Shown: positions 1 through 9,360 of the stretch, one piece after another | Layout of the letters: every line of letters starts with the position of its first letter | How positions within the stretch are numbered: the first letter of the stretch is position 1 | From: Candidatus Ruthturnera sp. | Lineage (GTDB): Bacteria; Pseudomonadota; Gammaproteobacteria; PS1; Pseudothioglobaceae | Assembly: GCA_018648985.1 (NCBI GenBank) | Contig: JABGOT010000145.1 | Coordinates: 1-41,746, forward strand | DNA: 41,746 nucleotides | Direction: 5' to 3' | The notes under the pieces: model-generated | Told to the model about the DNA's origin: nothing | Seen by the model: only the letters and a program-made list of their open reading frames with translations | Databases searched by the model: none | Made by a program: the position numbers and the translations under genes

Positions 1-848
1 GTGCTTTTAGCATTTACAATCACATCATCACAGATGTTTAAATGACCTACAATACCGACCATACCGCCAATCATGCAACGCTTTCCAAGTGTCGTACTGC
101 CGGCAATACCTGTGTTGGCTGCAATTGCAGTATCTTGGCCGATAATCACATTGTGTGCAATGTGTATTAAATTATCAAGCCGTACACCGTCATGTATTTG
201 CGTATCTTCTAAAGTACCTCTGTCAATTGTAGTGTTAGCACCAATAGTGACATTATTACCAACAACGACATTACCTAGATGTGCGATGGTGTGCCATTGA
301 TTTTGCTTATCTCGGGCATTGCCAAACCCTTCGGCGCCAATTACAGCGCCTGGAGAGATTACCACGTTATCACCTATTGAGCAGCCTTGTAAAATCGTAA
401 CATTGGGATGCAGATAAGCATTCTCACCAATAGTAACATTGTCTTCAATAACGGTATTTGGACCAATAGTAGCGTTAGAGCCAATGACAACATTTTTTCC
501 GATTGCGCAGTTTTCTGCAATGATTGCTTGATTGGTTTGAGCGCTAGAATGAACACCACTAAAAGGCGTTACTTCTTTTTTAAAATAATGAGTAATTTTG
601 GCAAATGACAAGTAAACATCATCAACCACTAAGGCGTTAGTAGGGCAGTCTTTTGCTAAATCTTGATTAAGAATAACCACGCCTGCTTGTGTAGCCATAA
701 GATCTAATTTGTATTTTTGACCAATCACATAAGTCAGCTGATTACTTTTTGCTGAAGCGGGGGAGGCAATACTGTCGATCTTGATTGACTCATCGCCAAT
801 CAGATTAGCGTTAATAACTTTAGCAATATCCCCAAGTGTGTGCATCAT
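1..848 (-). CDS. lpxD: UDP-3-O-(3-hydroxyacyl)glucosamine N-acyltransferase LpxD, N-terminal ~282 codons (C-terminus lies beyond window start)
   Basis: Absent from ORF track because truncated. My minus-strand translation from ATG 848-846 reads MMHTLGDIAKVINANLIGDESIKIDSIASPASAKSNQLTYV, followed by repeated hexapeptide (IGxNxxIG) left-handed beta-helix units. The start overlaps the skp stop (TAATG). Canonical position after bamA-skp. Confidence 0.85.
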   Translation of the reverse strand, partial: MMHTLGDIAKVINANLIGDESIKIDSIASPASAKSNQLTYVIGQKYKLDLMATQAGVVILNQDLAKDCPTNALVVDDVYLSFAKITHYFKKEVTPFSGVHSSAQTNQAIIAENCAIGKNVVIGSNATIGPNTVIEDNVTIGENAYLHPNVTILQGCSIGDNVVISPGAVIGAEGFGNARDKQNQWHTIAHLGNVVVGNNVTIGANTTIDRGTLEDTQIHDGVRLDNLIHIAHNVIIGQDTAIAANTGIAGSTTLGKRCMIGGMVGIVGHLNICDDVIVNAKS

Positions 849-1342
849 TAAAAGAGCTGTCTGAGTTTTTGCTTGATAATCGGTGTAATATTGACTTTTT
901 TACTAGCAAAAGCTACTTCTTGGTATAAGATTAAATCAAATTTTTGTGTTTCAGCAACTTCCTTGATTACTTTGTTAATTACAGCTTGAATTTTGCCTAA
1001 TTCTTGCTCATTTTTAAGTTTTAATTGTTTTTTTAGGGATAAGGCTTGTTGTTTGAGTTGGCGCTCTAAATTGGCAATTTTTTGGATCTCAGTCTTGCGT
1101 TCAGATTGCGTAAGCGATTTACTATTTTTATTAAAGTCATCTGCTAACAACTGTATTGTTTGACTAAGTAGTAATAACTCTTCTTCTTGAGGTTTGAACT
1201 CTTTAATAACAATTTGATTTGCTTGAATGAATTGCGGCGAACTACTAACAAGGTAGTCGATATTGATGTAGCCAATTTTTAGAGACTCTGCATGCAGAGT
1301 GGTGCTAAACACCAATAATGCAAAAACAATATTTTTCATCAT
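848..1342 (-). CDS. skp: periplasmic chaperone Skp (OmpH family)
   Basis: 164 aa with signal peptide MMKNIVFALLVFSTTLHA. Long K/Q/E-rich coiled-coil body. Located between bamA and lpxD. Confidence 0.8.
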   Translation of the reverse strand: MMKNIVFALLVFSTTLHAESLKIGYINIDYLVSSSPQFIQANQIVIKEFKPQEEELLLLSQTIQLLADDFNKNSKSLTQSERKTEIQKIANLERQLKQQALSLKKQLKLKNEQELGKIQAVINKVIKEVAETQKFDLILYQEVAFASKKVNITPIIKQKLRQLF

Positions 1343-1349
1343 CTACGTG

Positions 1350-3638
1350 TTAGAAGCTTGTACCAAGGGTAAATTCAACAGTCTTTGTTTTGTCTGATGA
1401 TTTTTTAACCAAAGGTGTGGCAGCGTAAATACCTAATGGACCAACTGGTGTTAACCAAGAAAAGGCTACACCAGTCGACATGCGAATCTCATCAAAGCTA
1501 AGATTGGAGGCTTTCTCTTCTACTGAGCCTGCATCAATGAAAGCGCTCATACGCATATTTTTACTGTCATTAATAAACTTCATTGGTGAGATGACCGATG
1601 TACCTGCTAGTAGTGATAATTCACCACCTTTAGCCTTACCATCTGAGTAAGTTGCACCTAATGAGTTAAAGTCAAAGCCACGAACGGATGATGAACCACC
1701 ACCGTAGTAACGCTTAAAGAAAGGTAGATCTTTACCGCCATAGCCTTGTGCTAAGCCTAAACTGCCATTAACCTTCCAAGTAATATCGTTACCCATTGGT
1801 CGGTAGCTCTTATGCGAAGCATCAAGTTTGTAATAACGGAAATCTGCGATTGGTAATGTTAGATCCAAACTTAAACTGTTCTTTTGTCCGTCAGTTGGGT
1901 AGTTGAAATTATCCAGTGTATTGTTAGACCAGCGAACATTGGTTTTAACCTCTGTCTTATCGCCACTGGCACATTGCGTCGCCTCGTGATTTGCATCTGA
2001 AAAGGTTGTGCCACAAGTAATGTCACGGCTAGAAATACGAACATCAGCACTAATACGCGTGTCTTCGGTTAAAGGTATGCCATAACCTAAGCTTAAACCA
2101 GCTTCATCAATCTTATAGGAAGATACGTCTAAGCTTGCACCGTCAATAGACTTAGTGAAAACACCGTAACTAATACTGTGCTTGTCTTCGGTAAAGTAAG
2201 GGTCTGAGAAATAAAAGCTCATTTCTTGTACCGCTTCTGAATTTGATAAAGCAGCGTTAAGTGTGTTACCTGTACCTAAGAAGTTGTTTTCTTTAATACC
2301 CATATTAAAGGCAGCACCTGAGCTATTTGAATGTGATAAGCCAATTGAAAAAGTACCGGTTTTAGTTTCTTCAACACTAAAGTGTAAATTAATTTTATCA
2401 TCAAATTCTTTGAGTTTTGTTACTTCCATTTGCACATCAGAGAAGAAGCCTAATCGTTTAATCTTTTTAACTGACTCATCTAACTCAGTATTTGAATATA
2501 GACCGCCTTCGTTAATTCCAATTTCACGACGAATAACCTCGTCTTGAGTACGTGTGTTGCCAACAATGGTGATACGATTAATGTACACTTTTTTGTTTAG
2601 ATTAATATTAATATCTAAATCAATTACATGCGCCTTGGTATCTTCTTTGGTGATTGGATCAACTTTGGCAAATGCATAACCCTGGTCTGCAAACAAATCA
2701 GTAATCGCCTGAATGCTTTCAATTACCTTTTTACGTTTAAATACTGCACCTTCGGTAATTGTTAGTAAGTCATTAAGATCGTCAATTGATTGGTTGAGTA
2801 GATTACCACTAAACTTAATATCGCCTACTTTATATTCCGAACCTTCATTAATTTGAATGTTAATGTCAATACTTTGCTTGTCATCGGACAAGTCTGTTTT
2901 AATATTGCTAACTTTAAAATCAAGGTAACCAGAATTAACATAGAGTGATTTCATTGCTTCAACGCCCGCATCTAGCGCAACTTTAGAATAGTGATCTTTC
3001 TCAGTAAAGTAATTTATGATGAAAAAATCAGCCTCACCGATTTCAAATAAATCTAATAAGTCATCTTCGTCATGCACTTGGTTGCCACTGATTTTCATTG
3101 TGCTAATACGCGCAACCTCGCCTTCATTAATATCGAGCTCTATACCAACCCTGTTTTGATCATCAATTTCAATAGTCTTGGTAATTTTGATGCCGTAATA
3201 ACCCTTAGAAATGTAAGACGCCTCTATTTGCGAGATAAGTTTATCCAATTGTCTTTTATTAAAAATCTTGCCTTGGGATAAATCCATGCTTTTTAGCACT
3301 TGCTTAATAGACTCTTCTTCAATCACCTTGTCTGAATAATTTAACAGTTCAACATATTTAATATGTGGGTTTTCTTGAAGCTTTATTTCTAACACTTGGT
3401 CTGATTGTGAGACTTCGATATCTTTGAAAAAATGCGTTTTATAAAGTGCACGAATAATTTGTGCTGAGGTTTTTTTACTGTAATCATCGCCGACTTCAAC
3501 AGGTAAGTAGCTCAAAACGGTACCTCTAGAAATAGCGTTAAGACCAATTATATCAATGCTTTTAATGAGATCTGCCTGTGCGATAGAAGTAATAGACAGC
3601 GTTAAAATTAAAGAGATTTTAGTGAGAATTTTTTTCAT
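1350..3638 (-). CDS. bamA: outer membrane protein assembly factor BamA
   Basis: 762 aa with a signal peptide and repeated POTRA-like modules in the N-terminal half. C-terminal beta-barrel region ends in an aromatic residue (TLGTSF). rseP-bamA-skp synteny. Confidence 0.95.
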   Translation of the reverse strand: MKKILTKISLILTLSITSIAQADLIKSIDIIGLNAISRGTVLSYLPVEVGDDYSKKTSAQIIRALYKTHFFKDIEVSQSDQVLEIKLQENPHIKYVELLNYSDKVIEEESIKQVLKSMDLSQGKIFNKRQLDKLISQIEASYISKGYYGIKITKTIEIDDQNRVGIELDINEGEVARISTMKISGNQVHDEDDLLDLFEIGEADFFIINYFTEKDHYSKVALDAGVEAMKSLYVNSGYLDFKVSNIKTDLSDDKQSIDINIQINEGSEYKVGDIKFSGNLLNQSIDDLNDLLTITEGAVFKRKKVIESIQAITDLFADQGYAFAKVDPITKEDTKAHVIDLDININLNKKVYINRITIVGNTRTQDEVIRREIGINEGGLYSNTELDESVKKIKRLGFFSDVQMEVTKLKEFDDKINLHFSVEETKTGTFSIGLSHSNSSGAAFNMGIKENNFLGTGNTLNAALSNSEAVQEMSFYFSDPYFTEDKHSISYGVFTKSIDGASLDVSSYKIDEAGLSLGYGIPLTEDTRISADVRISSRDITCGTTFSDANHEATQCASGDKTEVKTNVRWSNNTLDNFNYPTDGQKNSLSLDLTLPIADFRYYKLDASHKSYRPMGNDITWKVNGSLGLAQGYGGKDLPFFKRYYGGGSSSVRGFDFNSLGATYSDGKAKGGELSLLAGTSVISPMKFINDSKNMRMSAFIDAGSVEEKASNLSFDEIRMSTGVAFSWLTPVGPLGIYAATPLVKKSSDKTKTVEFTLGTSF

Positions 3639-3648
3639 GGTTTAAAAT

Positions 3649-4989
3649 TTATGATAATAATCGTAAAAAATCATTATACATCGCTATGAAGGTAAGCGAG
3701 AGGATAACAAACAAGCCAAATTTTAATGCGTTTTGTTGCAAAGCCTGGCTTACGGGAGAGCCTTTTACAATTTCAATTAGATAAAAGAACAAGTGCCCGC
3801 CATCAAGTAGAGGGATGGGTAGCAAATTAAGTAAACCTAAACCAATGCTGATTAAAGCTAAAAATGACAAAAAAGAGACCAAGCCGACACTCGCTGTTTT
3901 ACCTGCATAATCCGCAATACTGATCGGACCACTGATTTGTTTAACAGAAGCTTCACCCAAAATCATCTTTTGAATCATTTTTAGGTTTAATACAGTGAGT
4001 TGGTAGGTTTTAACATTGGCAGATAAAAAGGCGTCAAATGGTTGTTTTTTGACCAAGACACGCCATTCGTCTAAGTAGCCTTTTGGCGCCATAACGCTCA
4101 CACCTATCTTAAGTGTTCCATTGTCATTTTTTGGTGCGAGTGCGCGTGCAATAGTCTGGCCATTTCTTAGAATGTTTAATTGCATTGTTTGGCCTTTGCT
4201 TTGCTTAATCGTTACAACAAAATCACGCCAAGTATTGACCGGCTTACTATTTACGCTGAGTATTTGATCACCTGATTGGATGCCAGCCAAGCTTGCCGGG
4301 CTTTCACTTATGACTTGATCAATAATAGGTTTAAGTGCTGGTAGGGCGAATTCAAAACCTAAATATTGTTCAACGCCTTGCTCTGGGTTGGCTAAAAAGT
4401 CTTTTTTTAAATCTAGCGTTAATGTTTTTAAATTATCAGTTTTTGAATGTATATCAAGTTGCATTGTTGGTGCTTGGGCCGCACGAACAAAGGCAAAAGA
4501 AAATTCACTAATACTAGGTGTGTCTTGCGTATTGATGCTTAGCAGCCGATCGCCAGTTTTTAATCCAGCCTGCTGGGCAATGCCATCATTTTCAATCACA
4601 CCGACCACAGGCTTGATGCCATGAGTACCAATGATAAAGATGGCGGTATAAATAATAATGGCCAATATGAAGTTTGCCGCAGGTCCTGCCACAACAACTG
4701 CTATACGTTTATAAACAGTTTGAGCATTAAAGGCTCGGTGTTTTTCACTCGGATCAACCTTGCCTTCGTTTTCATCCAGCATTTTGACAAAGCCACCCAA
4801 GGGCAGGGCACATAAAGTGTATTGGGTTTCACCAATTTGCCATGATTTTAAGATTTTGCCAAAGCCTACTGAGAATCGTAGCACCTTGATGCCGAGTTTT
4901 TTCGCCACCCAAAAATGGCCAAATTCATGCACCGTCACCAAAATACCAATGGTGACAATAAAAGCAATTAAAGCATTTAAAAATGCCAT
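3649..4989 (-). CDS. rseP: RIP zinc metalloprotease RseP (site-2 protease)
   Basis: HEFGH zinc motif in first TM segment. Two PDZ-like regions. NLLPIPLLDGGH motif near C-terminus. 446 aa. Confidence 0.93.
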   Translation of the reverse strand: MAFLNALIAFIVTIGILVTVHEFGHFWVAKKLGIKVLRFSVGFGKILKSWQIGETQYTLCALPLGGFVKMLDENEGKVDPSEKHRAFNAQTVYKRIAVVVAGPAANFILAIIIYTAIFIIGTHGIKPVVGVIENDGIAQQAGLKTGDRLLSINTQDTPSISEFSFAFVRAAQAPTMQLDIHSKTDNLKTLTLDLKKDFLANPEQGVEQYLGFEFALPALKPIIDQVISESPASLAGIQSGDQILSVNSKPVNTWRDFVVTIKQSKGQTMQLNILRNGQTIARALAPKNDNGTLKIGVSVMAPKGYLDEWRVLVKKQPFDAFLSANVKTYQLTVLNLKMIQKMILGEASVKQISGPISIADYAGKTASVGLVSFLSFLALISIGLGLLNLLPIPLLDGGHLFFYLIEIVKGSPVSQALQQNALKFGLFVILSLTFIAMYNDFLRLLS

Positions 4990-5001
4990 AAGATTTAAAT
5001 C

Positions 5002-5355
5002 TTAAAGTTCAGGATGTGCATGTCCTGCTGCTTTTAATCTAGTCAAGTACTCAGGCCAAAGATCCTGATGATTAGTGGCTAAATGATGTAAATGGGACCA
5101 AGAATAAATACCACTATCGTGACCATCACTAAAGAATAAGACAACCGCGTAATTACCGGTTGGCTCAATACGTGTAATAGTGACATTACCCTTGCCAACT
5201 TGCAAAGTTTCTTGCCCAGGACCATGGCCAACTACTTCTGCAGAAGGCGAGTAAACTCTTAAATATTCGCTAGTTAGTGGATAATCAACACCCTCAAATG
5301 TAATGGTTAATAGTGTTTTTTCTTTATTAAGGGTGATGTTGCTAGGCGTGATCAT
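5002..5355 (-). CDS. DUF971 (gamma-butyrobetaine hydroxylase-like N-terminal domain) family protein
   Basis: LRVYSPSAEVVGHGPGQ...NYAVVLFFSDGHDSGIYSWSHLHHL matches the DUF971 pattern as I recall it. I chose the ATG at 5355 (MITPSN) instead of the 20-codon longer track ORF. Confidence 0.7.
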   Translation of the reverse strand: MITPSNITLNKEKTLLTITFEGVDYPLTSEYLRVYSPSAEVVGHGPGQETLQVGKGNVTITRIEPTGNYAVVLFFSDGHDSGIYSWSHLHHLATNHQDLWPEYLTRLKAAGHAHPEL

Positions 5356-5435
5356 GATGAAATCCAAATTAAATGAGGTGCTAATTTTAGCAGATACTTT
5401 AATTTGTAAACACACAAGAAACTAACAGTTAAAAT

Positions 5436-6254
5436 GTGCGTATGATTAATTTTACAAAAATGCATGGATTGGGCAATGACTTTATGGTGATTGACAATAC
5501 CTTAGGCGCTATCACTTTAAGTGCTGAGCAGATTATTACCCTGGCACACCGACATTTTGGCGTTGGGTTTGATCAGCTTTTAATGGTGGAATCAACTACC
5601 ACACCTGGAGTGGATTTTCGCTATGTTATTTACAATGCAGATGGTACTGAGGTAGAGCAGTGCGGCAATGGCGCACGTTGTTTTGCGCGTTTTGTAACAG
5701 CAAAAGGCTTAACAGCAAATAACCCGATTAATGTTGAGACTCGAGCTGGGTTAATGAGTTTATTTATTAATGAAGACAATACGGTACAAGTCGACATGGG
5801 CAAGCCCAACTTTCAACCTATTGGCATTCCGCTACACTCAAATCAGCAAGCCACCACTTATCAAGTAGCAGGCTATGAGCTTGGCGCATTGTCAATCGGC
5901 AACCCACATTGTGTTTTATTGGTTGATGATGTTAATACAGTTGATGTTGCCAACATTGCTCAGCAAATCCAGCAAAGTGAGTTATTACCCAATCAAGCTA
6001 ACATTGGCTTTATGCAAATATTAAGTAATAATGAAATTAACTTACGTGTGTATGAGCGTGGTGCTGGTGAAACGCTGGCTTGTGGCTCAGGCGCTTGTGC
6101 GGCTGTTATCCATGGTGTAAAGCTAGGCTTGCTAGATTCCACCGTAATTGCCCACCTAAGGGGTGGAGATGCGCTAATTGAATACACTGAAGACGAGCAC
6201 GTGTTTTTATCTGGCCCAGCACAATTTGTTTACGAAGGTCAGGTTGAGATCTAA
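5436..6254 (+). CDS. dapF: diaminopimelate epimerase
   Basis: MHGLGNDF, catalytic Cys motifs CGNGARC and ACGSGACA. 272 aa from GTG 5436; ATG at 5442 is an alternative start. Confidence 0.93.
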   Translation: MRMINFTKMHGLGNDFMVIDNTLGAITLSAEQIITLAHRHFGVGFDQLLMVESTTTPGVDFRYVIYNADGTEVEQCGNGARCFARFVTAKGLTANNPINVETRAGLMSLFINEDNTVQVDMGKPNFQPIGIPLHSNQQATTYQVAGYELGALSIGNPHCVLLVDDVNTVDVANIAQQIQQSELLPNQANIGFMQILSNNEINLRVYERGAGETLACGSGACAAVIHGVKLGLLDSTVIAHLRGGDALIEYTEDEHVFLSGPAQFVYEGQVEI

Positions 6255-7048
6255 CAGTCTATTGAAGTGATTTGCTTGTCTTTAAGGCGAATAGCACTAA
6301 GTGCACCACCCCAGGCGCAGCCTTGATCCATCGGATAAATATGTGCTTGCTTAACATTAGATAGGGTCGACCAATGTCCAAAAAATATATCAGTGTCTTT
6401 TAAAGCTCGGTCATCATGCAAAAACCAAGCTTTAAACCCGTCTGGTGCGGCATCATGACCCATTTTATGACTAAATTCTAAAGCACCATCTGGCTTGCAA
6501 ACACGCATTCTCATACAAGCATTAATGGTGTATCGGCAAACATCCATCTCGTTTAAATCATTCGACCAAGTGTAAGGATGGTTGTCGTACATATTATTAA
6601 TAAAATTACCAACATCATTACTTTGTAAGTGTTTCTGCACTTTAAGCGATTGCTTTAAAGCCATCTTTTCATCCCAACTTGGTGGAATACCTGCGTGTAC
6701 CAAAATCGCCTTTTTATGTTGAATAACCAAAGGCTGTTGTAATAAAAAATCAATAAGCGCTTGAGAGTCACTTGCAGCTAAAATATCATCAAAAGTATCT
6801 TTGGAATGAGGTTTCCTGACACCTAGGGCGCAAGCTAATAAATGAAAATCATGATTACCTAAAACCATTTTTGCGTTCTCACCCAAATCTTTAATAAAGC
6901 GCAAAGTGGCTAATGATTGATCACCACGATTAACCACATCACCTAAAAAGAACAGTTGGTCTTTATCAATAGAAAATTTAATTTTTTTTAATAAAGCTTG
7001 CAGTGGGCCAAAGCAGCCTTGAACATCACCAATCAAATAATCAGACAT
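6251..7048 (-). CDS. apaH: bis(5'-nucleosyl)-tetraphosphatase (symmetrical) ApaH
   Basis: Metallophosphatase motifs GDVQGC, GDVVNRG, GNHD. Follows apaG as in the E. coli pdxA-rsmA-apaG-apaH cluster. Confidence 0.9.
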   Translation of the reverse strand: MSDYLIGDVQGCFGPLQALLKKIKFSIDKDQLFFLGDVVNRGDQSLATLRFIKDLGENAKMVLGNHDFHLLACALGVRKPHSKDTFDDILAASDSQALIDFLLQQPLVIQHKKAILVHAGIPPSWDEKMALKQSLKVQKHLQSNDVGNFINNMYDNHPYTWSNDLNEMDVCRYTINACMRMRVCKPDGALEFSHKMGHDAAPDGFKAWFLHDDRALKDTDIFFGHWSTLSNVKQAHIYPMDQGCAWGGALSAIRLKDKQITSIDC

Positions 7049-7050
7049 GA

Positions 7051-7422
7051 TTAGTGCAGTGTGTAAGGCTCACTAAGTACAAACTCAGATATTTCAGCCT
7101 CAAATAAATCACCTTCGTCATTCACCATGCCGTAAGCTCCTTTCATTAGACCGGTAACCGTCTTAATCATCGCACCTGAAGAATACTCAAAACTCTCACC
7201 AGGCATTAAATGTGGCTGATGACCCACCACACCTTCGCCAATTACTTCTTCTACGTGTCCAGTTTCATCCTGAATATGCCAACGACGTGTGCGTAATTGA
7301 GCGCCTATTTGCCCATTGTTGGTAATTGTGATGGTGTAGGCGTAAGCGTATTGACTATGCCCGACATCAGACTGGTCTTCTAAATAAGCAACTTGGACAT
7401 CAACTTTAATGTTGTTTTTCAT
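7051..7422 (-). CDS. apaG: ApaG (DUF525) protein
   Basis: 123 aa. WHIQDETGHVEEVIGEGVVGHQPHLMPGESFEYSS is the typical ApaG core. Synteny supports the call. Confidence 0.9.
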   Translation of the reverse strand: MKNNIKVDVQVAYLEDQSDVGHSQYAYAYTITITNNGQIGAQLRTRRWHIQDETGHVEEVIGEGVVGHQPHLMPGESFEYSSGAMIKTVTGLMKGAYGMVNDEGDLFEAEISEFVLSEPYTLH

Positions 7423-8200
7423 AATCTTGAGTTAGTTTAATAAAATCTGACACGCTGAGCATTTCCGCTCTTTGCGATAAATCAATTGAAGTTTGTTCTT
7501 GCGTTAGTAAAGATTTTAAACAATTTCTTAAGGTTTTTCGTCGCTGCGCAAAGGCGGCTTTAACCACTTTTTCAAATATAGCCACATCACTAACCAAAGA
7601 CTGAGTCAAAGGCTTAAGGTAAACAATAGCAGAATCAACTTTGGGTGCTGGATTAAACGACGCTGGCGGCACAATAAAAATCAACTCCACCTCAAAGAAA
7701 GCCTGCATCATCACACTAAGGCGACCATAGGTTTTGTTACCGTGGCTGGCCACCATGCGTTCAACCACCTCTTTTTGTAACATAAAGGTCATGTCTTCAA
7801 CCAAGGCTCGGTTCTCTAGCAAGTGAAACAAAATAGGGGAGGATATATTATAAGGCAAGTTACCCACCACGCGAATTGGTGTAGGCAGGGTGCTTAGGTC
7901 AAATTTCATGGCATCACCCTGATGGATGATTAAGTTGTCCTTGTCAAGAGATTCTAGCAAGCCAATTAGATCTCGATCAATTTCAATCACATGAAGTTGG
8001 TTTAATTTTTCTAACAAAGGTAGCGTCATTGCACCTTGTCCAGGGCCGATCTCAAGCAGGTTGTCTTCTGCCTTTGGTGCAATGGTGGCAACAATACGAT
8101 CAACAACCTTAGTATCGATTAAAAAATTTTGCCCAAAACGTTTGCGCGCTTTGTGGTTTCCAGTAGTTGTGGCGTAAGTTTTATGCATATTGATTGTCAA
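7406..8200 (-). CDS. rsmA: 16S rRNA (adenine1518/1519-N6)-dimethyltransferase RsmA/KsgA
   Basis: RFGQNFL motif, SAM-binding LEIGPGQGAMT, NLPYNISS. Overlaps apaG start by 17 nt and pdxA stop by 20 nt. Confidence 0.93.
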   Translation of the reverse strand: MTINMHKTYATTTGNHKARKRFGQNFLIDTKVVDRIVATIAPKAEDNLLEIGPGQGAMTLPLLEKLNQLHVIEIDRDLIGLLESLDKDNLIIHQGDAMKFDLSTLPTPIRVVGNLPYNISSPILFHLLENRALVEDMTFMLQKEVVERMVASHGNKTYGRLSVMMQAFFEVELIFIVPPASFNPAPKVDSAIVYLKPLTQSLVSDVAIFEKVVKAAFAQRRKTLRNCLKSLLTQEQTSIDLSQRAEMLSVSDFIKLTQDYEKQH

Positions 8201-9143
8201 TAAAATTTTGTGCGTAATCTAGTGCAGTGTGTAAGCTGCCCAGGCTAATGTTACCTGTGCCCGCTAAATCAAGCGCCGTACCATGGTCAACCGAAGTACG
8301 AATAAAGGGTAGGCCTAAGGTAATGTTAACAGCCTTTTTAAAGCCCAGTGTTTTAAGTACAGGCAGCCCTTGGTCGTGATACATGGCTAATACACAATCA
8401 ACACCTTTGAGTGCATCAGGGGTGAAAGCCGTATCTGCAGGCACACTGCCGCTTAAATTTAGCCCTTGATGGTTAAGTTGTTTAATTAAAGGGTTGATAA
8501 TTTCAATCTCTTCACTACCAAGATAACCATCTTCTCCAGCATGGGGGTTTAAGCCACAAACAACAATGCGAGGGCTTGCTATGCCATAGCCTTGAAAAGA
8601 GTTATGAATAATTCTAATGGTTTGTTCAAGCGAATCAGCCTGAATGTGCTGAGCCACTTTTGATAAAGGAATATGCGTGGTTGCTAAAGCCACTCGCAAA
8701 CCTTCAGTGGCCAATACCATGACTGTTTTAGGAGTGTCAGTCAAATTAGCCAAATATTCTGTATGGCCAGTAAAATCAATGCCTGATTGATTGATAATGC
8801 CCTTATGAACAGGGCCAGTAACCAAAGCATCGCAGTGCTTATCAAGACAATGCTGTGTGGCAACATCAAGCGTGTTTAAAACAAACTGCGCATTATCGAC
8901 ATTCAGGACACCGGCTTTGGTTTGGATGTTTGTTTTGACTGGGAAAACACAAATTTCACCCGGGTGTTGAGTACTGTTTTTCTCTTTGATTTTAATAGAT
9001 AAATTAAGTTTTTTTGCACGTGCTAACAACAGATCTGGATCGGTAAAAACCAATAGATTTTTACGAGTTTTTTTCTGTGCATAAATAACAGCCAAATCAG
9101 GGCCGATGCCGGCAGGTTCTCCAGGGGTGAAAGCGATTGACAT
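8181..9143 (-). CDS. pdxA: 4-hydroxythreonine-4-phosphate dehydrogenase PdxA
   Basis: GEPAGIGPD, GHTEYL, NPHAGEDG, SVDHGTA motifs. 320 aa. First gene of the pdxA-rsmA-apaG-apaH operon. Confidence 0.93.
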   Translation of the reverse strand: MSIAFTPGEPAGIGPDLAVIYAQKKTRKNLLVFTDPDLLLARAKKLNLSIKIKEKNSTQHPGEICVFPVKTNIQTKAGVLNVDNAQFVLNTLDVATQHCLDKHCDALVTGPVHKGIINQSGIDFTGHTEYLANLTDTPKTVMVLATEGLRVALATTHIPLSKVAQHIQADSLEQTIRIIHNSFQGYGIASPRIVVCGLNPHAGEDGYLGSEEIEIINPLIKQLNHQGLNLSGSVPADTAFTPDALKGVDCVLAMYHDQGLPVLKTLGFKKAVNITLGLPFIRTSVDHGTALDLAGTGNISLGSLHTALDYAQNFIDNQYA

Positions 9144-9360
9144 AAAGGTATAAAATTATCTATATTAAAAGGTTAGAATATAATCAAGATTTTATATATA
9201 TTTATCAAGATAAAAAATATATAAAATATATTTAAAAACAACAACTTACAATGAAATTAAGTATTATTTAAATTATTTATTTAAAATAATATACACAGCA
9301 TATTTTAATCATATAAAATTCGATTTAAAGTTTATTTTCTTACTTAATAAAAGGTCAACT

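Noticed and set aside
5356-5415. 20-codon upstream extension of the DUF971 ORF (MCLQIKVSAKISTSFNLDFI)
   Set aside because: It is not part of the domain pattern and would shrink the divergent dapF promoter spacer to 20 bp. The internal ATG at 5355 is preferred.
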